DNA of 19,988 nt. It comes from Candidatus Micrarchaeaceae archaeon (GTDB taxonomy: Archaea; Micrarchaeota; Micrarchaeia; Micrarchaeales; CABMGC01). Positions 6,959 through 14,458 of this stretch are shown here, piece after piece; position 1 is the first letter of the stretch; the number at the start of each line of letters is the position of its first letter. Position numbers and translations under genes: made by a program. The stretch covers positions 1 through 19,988 of the forward strand of contig JAVZDR010000008.1 in NCBI GenBank assembly GCA_038873795.1. Direction: 5' to 3'. The notes below the pieces were generated by a model. It worked only from the letters and a program-made list of their open reading frames with translations. It ran no database searches and had not been told where the DNA came from.

Positions 6959-7732
6959 TTGTCAAGGAAGCGAAGCAAGAGGAAGAGACCTAGCAGAGAG
7001 GACTTCATGCTCAGCGAGCAAGTAAAGATAGAGGAGGGCGTCTTTGAAAAGAGGACGATGCTGAAATTGGCGGCATTGTTTACGCATGGGATAATATCCA
7101 AGCTGAATTTCATCATTGCAAGAGGCAAAGAGGCCGATGTATATCTTGCTGATGCTGGTGAAAAGGTGGGTGGAGGCACGGTAATTGTGAAAATTTTTAG
7201 GATCGAAACCTCTTCATTCGACAGGAGGATTGATTACATAACTGGCGACCCGAGATTCGGCAAGATAAAGCATAGCATGCATGCAATTGTTGAAGAATGG
7301 TGCAAAAAAGAGTACATAAACCTGAAGATGGCCGAAGAGGCTGGAGTGCATGCACCAAAACCTTACATGTTCAGTGGCAATGTCTTGGCGATGGAGTTTA
7401 TAGGGAATGGCAATGTGCCTGCACCCATGTTAAAGGATGCACAGATAAGCAATCCCAAGGAAATCTTAGACGAAATAATTGGCGATATAAAAAAGCTATA
7501 CAGGATTGGGATAGTCCACGCAGACATGAGCGAATATAATATACTTGTCAGCGAAGGGGTGCCATACATGATAGACTTTGGCCAGGCCGTTTCCGTAAAG
7601 CACCCTAAGGCAGAGGACTTCCTGAAAAGGGACGTATTCAACATTGTTTCGTACTTCAATAAGGTCTATGGTCTCAATGTTGACCCGAACAATGCACTTG
7701 ACAGCGTAGTCAAAAATGATAGTAAGGCATAA
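6959..7732 (+). CDS. rio1: RIO1 serine/threonine kinase
   Basis: GKEADVY, VKIFR, YITGDPRF, WCKKEYINL, VHADMSEYNIL and IDFGQAV motifs. Confidence 0.95.
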   Translation: MSRKRSKRKRPSREDFMLSEQVKIEEGVFEKRTMLKLAALFTHGIISKLNFIIARGKEADVYLADAGEKVGGGTVIVKIFRIETSSFDRRIDYITGDPRFGKIKHSMHAIVEEWCKKEYINLKMAEEAGVHAPKPYMFSGNVLAMEFIGNGNVPAPMLKDAQISNPKEILDEIIGDIKKLYRIGIVHADMSEYNILVSEGVPYMIDFGQAVSVKHPKAEDFLKRDVFNIVSYFNKVYGLNVDPNNALDSVVKNDSKA

Positions 7733-7771
7733 ATATCAGTATGCCCAATAAGAATTTGAAAGCTGGGCAAG

Positions 7772-8350
7772 GTGTGCCTTGTGGGGGGAAACAAAGGCAT
7801 AATAGACATATTGGAGCTGCTTAAAAGGAAGGATTTAGCATCTGAAGAAATCCATACGAAAAATGACTATGAGGCTGTTTTTAAGGATGTACTGCTTGAG
7901 TTCAAGGGAAATGGTGTAGAGGCTTATTATGAGCTTTTCACATTTCCGTTGCGAAATAAAAAGGGCTACCTGCCTGACTTTACGACAAACCTTACAGTCA
8001 ATGGCAAGCTGGTCGTTATAGAGGAGCATGCATCTCTAGACACCGAATTCCTTGAAAAAATTGACGAATTCAGAAAGAGATACAAGATATACATGATAGT
8101 TGGTACTAAAAGCCCCATCGAAGTTCACATGAACAATGAGTGCAATGTGACAAATTATATGGATGAATACTGGTACGTACCGAACAACATAAAAACAAGC
8201 ATAGATGCTAAGACTTCAAAGGAGATACTCAGATTGTATATTAGTGGGCTGATTAAAAAAGCTGAAATTCTGGACACGAATACATTTGCTAAGGTCTTGA
8301 AGGAATGCATAAGAAGCGGATCTGAAGCGCTTATCATGGCGAAGAACTAA
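7772..8350 (+). CDS. Hypothetical protein, PD-(D/E)XK nuclease-like
   Basis: YE...YLPDF...VVIEEH pattern resembles the restriction-endonuclease-like fold. Start may be GTG 7772 or 7781. Confidence 0.55.
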   Translation: MCLVGGNKGIIDILELLKRKDLASEEIHTKNDYEAVFKDVLLEFKGNGVEAYYELFTFPLRNKKGYLPDFTTNLTVNGKLVVIEEHASLDTEFLEKIDEFRKRYKIYMIVGTKSPIEVHMNNECNVTNYMDEYWYVPNNIKTSIDAKTSKEILRLYISGLIKKAEILDTNTFAKVLKECIRSGSEALIMAKN

Positions 8351-8637
8351 GGCAATTTGTAGCCCTTTTGCCTGAGAAGGTCTTTGTCCATAAGGCTGTA
8401 GCGCCATATTATGTCGCCGCGCTTGTCTCCCTGCACTACCCAAGGCTGCACCAGGACAATGTCGCCCTCCTTTACCCAAAACTGCCTCTTGAACCTACCT
8501 GGTATGGAGCAGGTCCTTTCGTTGTTGTCACTGCATATCACAAGGAAGTTGGCGGCGCCGAGCGCCTTCGAAACCCTGCCTATAACTTCATTGTTCTTTG
8601 GAAACTTCAGTATGTGAGTAACCTCTTGGAGTCCCAT
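8347..8637 (-). CDS. eif1a: Translation initiation factor aIF-1A
   Basis: ALGA...CSDNNERTCSIPGRFKRQFWVKEGDIVLVQPW...GDIIWRY. Start adjusted to ATG 8637, after the aIF2-beta stop. Confidence 0.95.
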   Translation of the reverse strand: MGLQEVTHILKFPKNNEVIGRVSKALGAANFLVICSDNNERTCSIPGRFKRQFWVKEGDIVLVQPWVVQGDKRGDIIWRYSLMDKDLLRQKGYKLP

Positions 8638-8644
8638 GCAAGCA

Positions 8645-9058
8645 CTAATAATTTTTAATAGTATACCTTGCGCCACACGCCTCGCAGACTATTGTGACGA
8701 AGCCGTGCTCTGATGCTTCTATGCGCGTGTCAGGCTTGTGGCACTCCTTGCAAATCACATATGTGGCGAAGTATTTTTCTATTTTTGCGTTGAGGGTTTC
8801 CTGGTCTATTCTGCCACTTATCATAAGCCTGTCCTGCTCAATGTTGACTGGAACAGCAAGCTCCTTTGTCAAGTATCTCACTATCTCGCGTCCCTCCCTT
8901 CGAGCAGCCTTCACTATCTCTGAAAAATTTCTCACTATTGTCTTGCTTCCCTGTATTATTGAGTCTACTTTCGGTATCTTGAAGTCTACACTCTCCGTAG
9001 AAAGGTGGGGTAGCTCATCGAATGCCCTTCCGAGAAGCTGCTCGTATGATTCATCCAT
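8645..9058 (-). CDS. eif2b: Translation initiation factor aIF-2 beta subunit
   Basis: YEQLLGRA, GSKTIVRNF, and C-terminal zinc ribbon YVICKECHKPDT...CEACGA. Confidence 0.96.
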   Translation of the reverse strand: MDESYEQLLGRAFDELPHLSTESVDFKIPKVDSIIQGSKTIVRNFSEIVKAARREGREIVRYLTKELAVPVNIEQDRLMISGRIDQETLNAKIEKYFATYVICKECHKPDTRIEASEHGFVTIVCEACGARYTIKNY

Positions 9059-9100
9059 GCTACTACCAGCTGAATTGATAATAACAAACTGCAGTTAAGA

Positions 9101-9108
9101 TTATTAAT
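9101..9108 (+). promoter_or_regulatory. Putative TATA box (TTATTAAT) for the SRP RNA
   Basis: Lies about 23-30 nt upstream of the SRP RNA 5' end. Confidence 0.5.
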
Positions 9109-9129
9109 ACTTAGCTTGATATTAGTTAA

Positions 9130-9394
9130 TGCAGCAGTAAGGCGGGAAGCTAGGGGTTTCCCACAACGCAAATCCCCTTTATGGCGTGCCGCATGCTGGC
9201 TTGTGACATGCATACATGCAAAACATGCGCAGAAGCGCTGAGATTCTGCCTTTGGTGATGGTTTTGCATACGAACCAGGCCAGGCCGGAAGGAGCAACCT
9301 TAAGTATGCAAGGCTGTGCTCTAAAGATACAGGATTGAGCCGATGCGCATGCCTCTTGCACGACTTGCATGTTGCTTCGCCGGCTTCTGCTGCA
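9130..9394 (+). ncRNA. ffs: Signal recognition particle (7S) RNA
   Basis: Helix 1 UGCAGCAG(9130-37)/CUGCUGCA(9387-94); Alu-like domain with GGGG/CCCC loop complementarity; long helix 5; helix 8 motif CAGGCCGGAAGGAGCA (9281-96). Confidence 0.92.
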
Positions 9395-9400
9395 AACAAA

Positions 9401-9501
9401 GCCGGGATAGCCTAGTGGTAAAGCAATTCACTAAAGGGCGGCAGCCTGCTAAGCTGTTTGGCTAGAAATGGCCTTCGTGGGTTCGATTCCCACTCCCGGC
9501 G
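9401..9501 (+). tRNA. tRNA-Ser(GCU) with a 15-nt D-loop intron (9420-9434, position 20/21)
   Basis: Acceptor GCCGGGA/TCCCGGC with G discriminator; anticodon arm GCAGC-CTGCTAA-GCTGT; long variable arm; T arm GTGGG-TTCGATT-CCCAC. BHB motif AGUG/CACU with GUA and AAA bulges. CCA not encoded. Confidence 0.93.
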
Positions 9502-9515
9502 CTCTTTTATTATTT
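9502..9515 (+). terminator. T-rich putative terminator after tRNA-Ser
   Basis: CTCTTTTATTATTT directly after the discriminator base. Confidence 0.45.
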
Positions 9516-9571
9516 GTCTGCAGTTTGGTGCCATATAATGCATTCTTATTTTTGATTGCAGCATACTGATT

Positions 9572-9865
9572 ATGGCAATATTGGTAGATATAAGCATAAT
9601 ACCAATTCCGAGCAAGGGCACAAGCGTCTCGAAGTATGTGAAAAAGGCGCTCGAGATAATGAAGAAAAACAAGATGAAGTTTTATCCCGCGCCTGCAATG
9701 ACAACCGTTGAGATAAGCGATTTCGCAGAGCTTGCAGATCTGCTCAGGCAGCTTTATGCAGGAATACTGGGCAAGGACGTAAAGCGCATGGAGACGATAC
9801 TGAAGATAGACATCAGGACCGACAAGAAAAACACGCTCGAAAGCAGGCTCAATGCTATAAAGTAA
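9572..9865 (+). CDS. MTH1187/DUF77 thiamine-binding family protein
   Basis: DISIIPI...SVSKYVKKA...PAMTTVE...LKIDIRTDK pattern, 97 aa. Confidence 0.88.
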   Translation: MAILVDISIIPIPSKGTSVSKYVKKALEIMKKNKMKFYPAPAMTTVEISDFAELADLLRQLYAGILGKDVKRMETILKIDIRTDKKNTLESRLNAIK

Positions 9866-9928
9866 GCGCTGTGCATGCAGTTGGCCTCAGCTTTGGAGGC
9901 TTCAACTTTCTCTGCTTGGTCAGCTGGG

Positions 9929-11701
9929 CTACCACGACTCGATTCTCTCCCTGAGCTTGTAATACTCGTTCCATAGCCACTTAGGAAATCTCTCGCCGAA
10001 GCTTTCGAAGAATGGCTTTACCTCGTCAAGCTCCTTTATCCAGCCTTTTTTGTCAACGTAAAGCAGCTTCTCCATATCTGCCTCACTTACACCGCCCCTG
10101 TCGAAGCTTTCCTTGCTTGGCAGCAGCCCTATTGGGCTTTCAATTGCTTCTGCTCTTCCGTCTATCCTTTCTGTTATCCACCTTATCACGCGCATGTTGT
10201 CGCTGAATCCTGGCCAGAGGAATCTGCCGCTATCATCTTTCATGAACCAGTTTACATTGAATATCTTAGGCTTGCGCTCAAGCTTGCTCAGTACTTTATA
10301 GAAGTGGTCAAAATACTCTGCCATGTTGTAGCCGCAGAAGGGCCGCATTGCCATAGGGTCGTTTCTCACCACCCCAACCTTGCCTGCAACCGCCGCTGTG
10401 GTCTCTGCTCTCAGCATCGCCCCGATAAGGACGCCATGCTCAAGGCTGTAGGCTTCGTATACCAGCGGCACAAGCGAGATTCTCCTGCCTCCGAAAAGCA
10501 TCGCATGGATTTTCAGGCCGGTTGGCGAGCCATAGCTGCTTGAGAGGCTTGGATACTGCGATATAGGCGTAGTGAATCTAGAATTAGGGTGCGCAGCCGG
10601 GCCATTAAAATTGGCATTCCCCTGCCAGTCGAGTATGCCGCTTGGCATCTTCTCGCTTAGCCCTTCCCACCAAGGCGTGTTGTCTTTTGGGTCAAGCGCC
10701 ACATTTGTGAATATGGTGTTGCTCTTTATCGTCTTCATGGCATTGCTGTTCGTGTGCTCGTTTGTGCCTGGCACGACTCCAAAGAATCCATATTCGGGAT
10801 TTGTGGCCCTAAGCTCACCGCCTATTATTCTGAACCAGGATATATCATCGCTAAGCAGCTTTACGCGCCAGCCTTTGTAATCTGGAGGCGGCGAAATCAT
10901 TGCCAGGTTTGTCTTGCCGCTTGCGCTTGGGAAGGCGCCAGTGATGCCATAGCTTCTGCCTTCAGGGTCCGTAACCTCTATAGCCATCATATGCTCTATT
11001 AGCATCTCTTTGCCGCGTGCCCTATAGCTTTCTATCCTAAGCGCGTGGCATTTCTTGCTAAGCAGGGCATTGCCGCCGTATGCAGAATTGACTGTTATGA
11101 TGAGCCTCTTGTTTGGGAAGTGGGCTATGTACTTGTTGGCAGGATCGAGGTTTCCTGTGGCCTGTATGCCAAAGACGAAATCTCCCAGCTTGATGCACTC
11201 AATGGCCTCGTCGCCGACGTTTGCTATTATCATCTGACTTATAGCGACGTATTTGCTATCAGTCAATTCAACTCCACAACTGGCAAACTGCGACCCAGCG
11301 GGCCCGAGCAGATATGGCAGGATATACATTGTTTTGCCTTTCATTATTCCTTTGAGAAGGCGTTTCAGCCTGCTCTCCATTTCATCTTCGTCTGCCCAGT
11401 TGTTTGTCGGACCTACTTCCTCTCTGCTTTTGGTGCAGATGTATGTGCTTTCCTCGCTTCTTGCAACATCGTTTCTGTCGCTTCTATAGAGGTATGAATT
11501 TGGGTATTCCTTTTCGTTGAGCTTTATCAGTTCGTGACTTCCCAGAAGCTCACTTACAAGCTTGTTGTATTCCTCTTTTGTGCCTTTTATGAGCACTACA
11601 CTGATTGGCTCCATTATGCTGGCAAACTCGGCAACCTTTTCGTAGAGGGAATCGCTTATTCCCCTAAGCTCCTTTTCGATTTTTTCATCGAGCGCTCCCA
11701 T
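9929..11701 (-). CDS. pckG: Phosphoenolpyruvate carboxykinase (GTP)
   Basis: DVARSE, YGGNALLSKKC, AFPSASGKTNLAM, DDISW, NPEYGFFGV, AHPNSRF and DPMAMRPFCGYN motifs. Confidence 0.97.
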   Translation of the reverse strand: MGALDEKIEKELRGISDSLYEKVAEFASIMEPISVVLIKGTKEEYNKLVSELLGSHELIKLNEKEYPNSYLYRSDRNDVARSEESTYICTKSREEVGPTNNWADEDEMESRLKRLLKGIMKGKTMYILPYLLGPAGSQFASCGVELTDSKYVAISQMIIANVGDEAIECIKLGDFVFGIQATGNLDPANKYIAHFPNKRLIITVNSAYGGNALLSKKCHALRIESYRARGKEMLIEHMMAIEVTDPEGRSYGITGAFPSASGKTNLAMISPPPDYKGWRVKLLSDDISWFRIIGGELRATNPEYGFFGVVPGTNEHTNSNAMKTIKSNTIFTNVALDPKDNTPWWEGLSEKMPSGILDWQGNANFNGPAAHPNSRFTTPISQYPSLSSSYGSPTGLKIHAMLFGGRRISLVPLVYEAYSLEHGVLIGAMLRAETTAAVAGKVGVVRNDPMAMRPFCGYNMAEYFDHFYKVLSKLERKPKIFNVNWFMKDDSGRFLWPGFSDNMRVIRWITERIDGRAEAIESPIGLLPSKESFDRGGVSEADMEKLLYVDKKGWIKELDEVKPFFESFGERFPKWLWNEYYKLRERIESW

Positions 11702-11705
11702 GGAC

Positions 11706-12908
11706 TTACCTTGCGTGCCTTCTGCAGAATCCTTCCATCTTAGCTATGGCTTCGCCGAGGATCTCTTTGCTTGGCAAAGCCACTATCCTTATATGGCCTG
11801 GTGATCCAAAGCCTGAGCCTCTAGTCAGCTGTATATACTCTTCTGTAAGCATTTTGCTGACAAATTCTTTGTCATCCTTCAGGTTGAGCTTTTCTAGCTC
11901 AAGTTTTGGGAAGACGTAGAAGGCGCCGCGAGGTTCGACAGCATGCATATATTCGCTTTTGTTGACTTCGCTCACTGCAAACAGCACCCTACTCTTTATC
12001 TCTTCTCGCATCTCCCTTAAGGACCTGCTGTGCTCACTCTCGTTGTTTATGCCTTCGGCTAATGCATACTGAGCTGGCGTGTTCGCCGAAAGTCTCATCC
12101 TTGCAAGGTCTATGAGTTTCTTCAGGAATTCAGTGCTCTTTTTGTCTTCGTTAGGCAGTAGCATGTAGCCTATTCTGAAGCCTGTCGCATCGAAGTTTTT
12201 TGACGCACCATTCAATACCATATGGGGAATGCCCTTTGCAACTTCAGAGATGCTTACAAGCTTGCCTTCAAAGACGAGCTCGTCATAGATTTCATCACTT
12301 ATCAGGAATAAATCATGGTTTTTTGCAATCTCAGCTATTTCACTAAGAATATCCCTCCCTAAGACGCTGCCAGTGGGGTTATTGGGATTTGTAACAAGCA
12401 TGTACTTTAGTTTCTTTGCTTTCTTTACCACATGCTCAAGCTCGTCCGTATCAATAGACCAGCCCCTCTCTTCATCGTAATCTGCAAATGCCGCCTTGCC
12501 GCCAACTATATTTAGGTATGGCAGATATGATGGATAATAAGGCCTTATTATCACTGCACTGTCGCCCCTGTCAATGAGTGCAGTATTTATGAAATAAAGA
12601 GCCTCGCTCAATCCCTGTGTTATAACTATGCGGCTGGGGCTTACATCAGCGCCATAGAGTTTTTTATGCCTTTTAGCTATTGCCTCACGAAGCTCTGGAA
12701 GACCTTGGGAATCAGAGTAGAAAGTCTTATTCTCCTTCAGCGCGTTGATGTATGCATCTATGATGTATTCAGGCGTCTTGAAGTACTTTGCCGGATCACC
12801 TGTATTGAGCTTCACGACTTTCTTGCCTTCCTTCATAAGCTGCGCTGCGATGCTATCTTCCTCCCTGATAGGGCTGGCAGCAAACTTACTTGCTTCAGAG
12901 ACGAACAT
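11706..12908 (-). CDS. PLP-dependent class I/II aminotransferase (Ala/Asp aminotransferase-like)
   Basis: LNTGDP, NPNNPTG, SDEIY, SKNFDATGFRIG (PLP lysine) and PRGAFYVFP motifs. Confidence 0.95.
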   Translation of the reverse strand: MFVSEASKFAASPIREEDSIAAQLMKEGKKVVKLNTGDPAKYFKTPEYIIDAYINALKENKTFYSDSQGLPELREAIAKRHKKLYGADVSPSRIVITQGLSEALYFINTALIDRGDSAVIIRPYYPSYLPYLNIVGGKAAFADYDEERGWSIDTDELEHVVKKAKKLKYMLVTNPNNPTGSVLGRDILSEIAEIAKNHDLFLISDEIYDELVFEGKLVSISEVAKGIPHMVLNGASKNFDATGFRIGYMLLPNEDKKSTEFLKKLIDLARMRLSANTPAQYALAEGINNESEHSRSLREMREEIKSRVLFAVSEVNKSEYMHAVEPRGAFYVFPKLELEKLNLKDDKEFVSKMLTEEYIQLTRGSGFGSPGHIRIVALPSKEILGEAIAKMEGFCRRHAR

Positions 12909-13001
12909 ATCATCACCAATTACAATACAGCTGTATATATAAATAATCTTTCGATTTGCTGCATGAAAAGGATTTTATTAGGTGTTGTCCATAATTATGT
13001 G

Positions 13002-13148
13002 ATGCGAGCAAAACAAACAAAAGATTACGAAGTATATGTCACTTATGGCATAAACGCCAGTTGGAATGCGCGAGAAGAACCTGAGATGCGCGGAGAAATA
13101 TTAAAAGAGGTTTATGGCATAATTGCGATACTCGAGGGAGAAAGGTAA
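13002..13148 (+). CDS. Putative 48-aa small protein
   Basis: MRAKQTKDYEVYVTYGINASWNAREEPEMRGEILKEVYGIIAILEGER. TTTTATTA lies ~25-30 nt upstream and the stop is 4 nt before the next ATG. Confidence 0.4.
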   Translation: MRAKQTKDYEVYVTYGINASWNAREEPEMRGEILKEVYGIIAILEGER

Positions 13149-13152
13149 GACT

Positions 13153-13485
13153 ATGGAGGATCTTGATAATGTAATTGATGTGTTGAATGAGGAGGAAAAA
13201 AGGGAAGCCGGTCCAGAGGCGCAAGGCATGCGCCAGAATAAGATACTTGTAGGGCGTGTTGAGCATTTCTATGACAAAATATCTGTTGTTGCGGTAAGGC
13301 TTGAGAAGCCGCTGAAAGTTGGTGACATAATAGAGATAGGCACAGATGAAGAGGCTGTAAGGCAGCACATAACAAGCATGCAGATAAATAGAAGAGATGT
13401 AAACGAGGCCGGAGCTGGCGATGATGTAGGTATAAAGCTTAAATACAGGGTTGAAGAGGGAAGCAACGTATATAAGATAGTTTGA
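13153..13485 (+). CDS. Stand-alone EF-Tu domain II-like beta-barrel protein (similar to U32 peptidase C-terminal domain)
   Basis: VGRVEHFYDKISVVAV...LKVGDII...ITSMQINRRDVNEAGAGDDVGIK. ATG 13153 after AGGT. Confidence 0.82.
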   Translation: MEDLDNVIDVLNEEEKREAGPEAQGMRQNKILVGRVEHFYDKISVVAVRLEKPLKVGDIIEIGTDEEAVRQHITSMQINRRDVNEAGAGDDVGIKLKYRVEEGSNVYKIV

Positions 13486-13489
13486 GTGC

Positions 13490-14401
13490 GTGGGCATGCC
13501 AAACGCGGCAGATGTATTCGGCGACTATAAAATTGTGTCAAGTTACAACGCTGCTGATTTATCAGAAGAGATAGCGAAGATTCTATCCAAAAAATTTAGT
13601 GCCGTTGAATTGACTGAATTTCCGGATGGCGAATTTAAGGTAAGGCTCAGCGAAGATTACAGGAATTCCAAGATACTGCTTATACACAGACTCTACCCTG
13701 ATGCAAGCCGCAGCGTTGTCGCTTTGCTTTTTATGCTACACAAGCTGGCTGGAAACGGCAACATTATAGATATTCTTATACCTTACCTTGCATTCAGCAG
13801 GCAGGACAAAGAATTCCAGAATGGCGAAGTTGCTTCTGCACTGGCGCTACTTGAGCTGCTCAGCAAAAACAACATCGGAAGACTTACATTTGACATACAC
13901 AGCGCAGGCATAGCCAGTGGCTCTGGTATGGAAGTGATCAGCATACCAATAGCTGCACTGCTCGTAAAATATATAAACAATACTGTGAAACCCAATAGTC
14001 CAATAGCAGTAGCGCCAGACAAAGGCGCGGAACAACGCGCTGCAGAAGCATCAAAAGAGCTCGGATGCAGTTACATTTGCTTTGAAAAGGAAACGGACAG
14101 GCAGAGAGGCGCAATTTTTACCAAAGCGCCCAATGCTGACTTCATGGGCACGGATGCAATAATTATAGGCGATATTATATCCACAGGAGGAATCATCGCA
14201 AATGTTTCTTCCATACTGAAAAGAGTGTGGGCAAATACTGTTTATGCCGCATGCATTCACTATCTCTCTTTGGCTGGGACAGAGAAAGGGCTCTCAGGCT
14301 CTGGAGCCGACAGAATATTTGCAACTGATACTGTCAGAAGTAAATTCTCGAAGGTTGGCATTGCAAAGGAGTTTGTTAACTTTTTCACGAAAGATTCATG
14401 A
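13490..14401 (+). CDS. prs: Ribose-phosphate pyrophosphokinase homolog with degenerate catalytic motifs
   Basis: FPDGE, PYLAFSRQDK, APDKGA and TDTV are retained. The PRPP loop reads GDIISTGGI and the catalytic loop reads EKETD. Confidence 0.85.
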   Translation: MGMPNAADVFGDYKIVSSYNAADLSEEIAKILSKKFSAVELTEFPDGEFKVRLSEDYRNSKILLIHRLYPDASRSVVALLFMLHKLAGNGNIIDILIPYLAFSRQDKEFQNGEVASALALLELLSKNNIGRLTFDIHSAGIASGSGMEVISIPIAALLVKYINNTVKPNSPIAVAPDKGAEQRAAEASKELGCSYICFEKETDRQRGAIFTKAPNADFMGTDAIIIGDIISTGGIIANVSSILKRVWANTVYAACIHYLSLAGTEKGLSGSGADRIFATDTVRSKFSKVGIAKEFVNFFTKDS

Positions 14402-14458
14402 GGTGCGTGCGATATATATTTGTTTGCTATGGATTATACTTAGCTGAAGTGGATATTT

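Noticed and set aside
8986..9672. ORFs 8986-9399, 9179-9370 and 9412-9672
   Set aside because: Antisense to the SRP RNA, the tRNA-Ser and the DUF77 gene.
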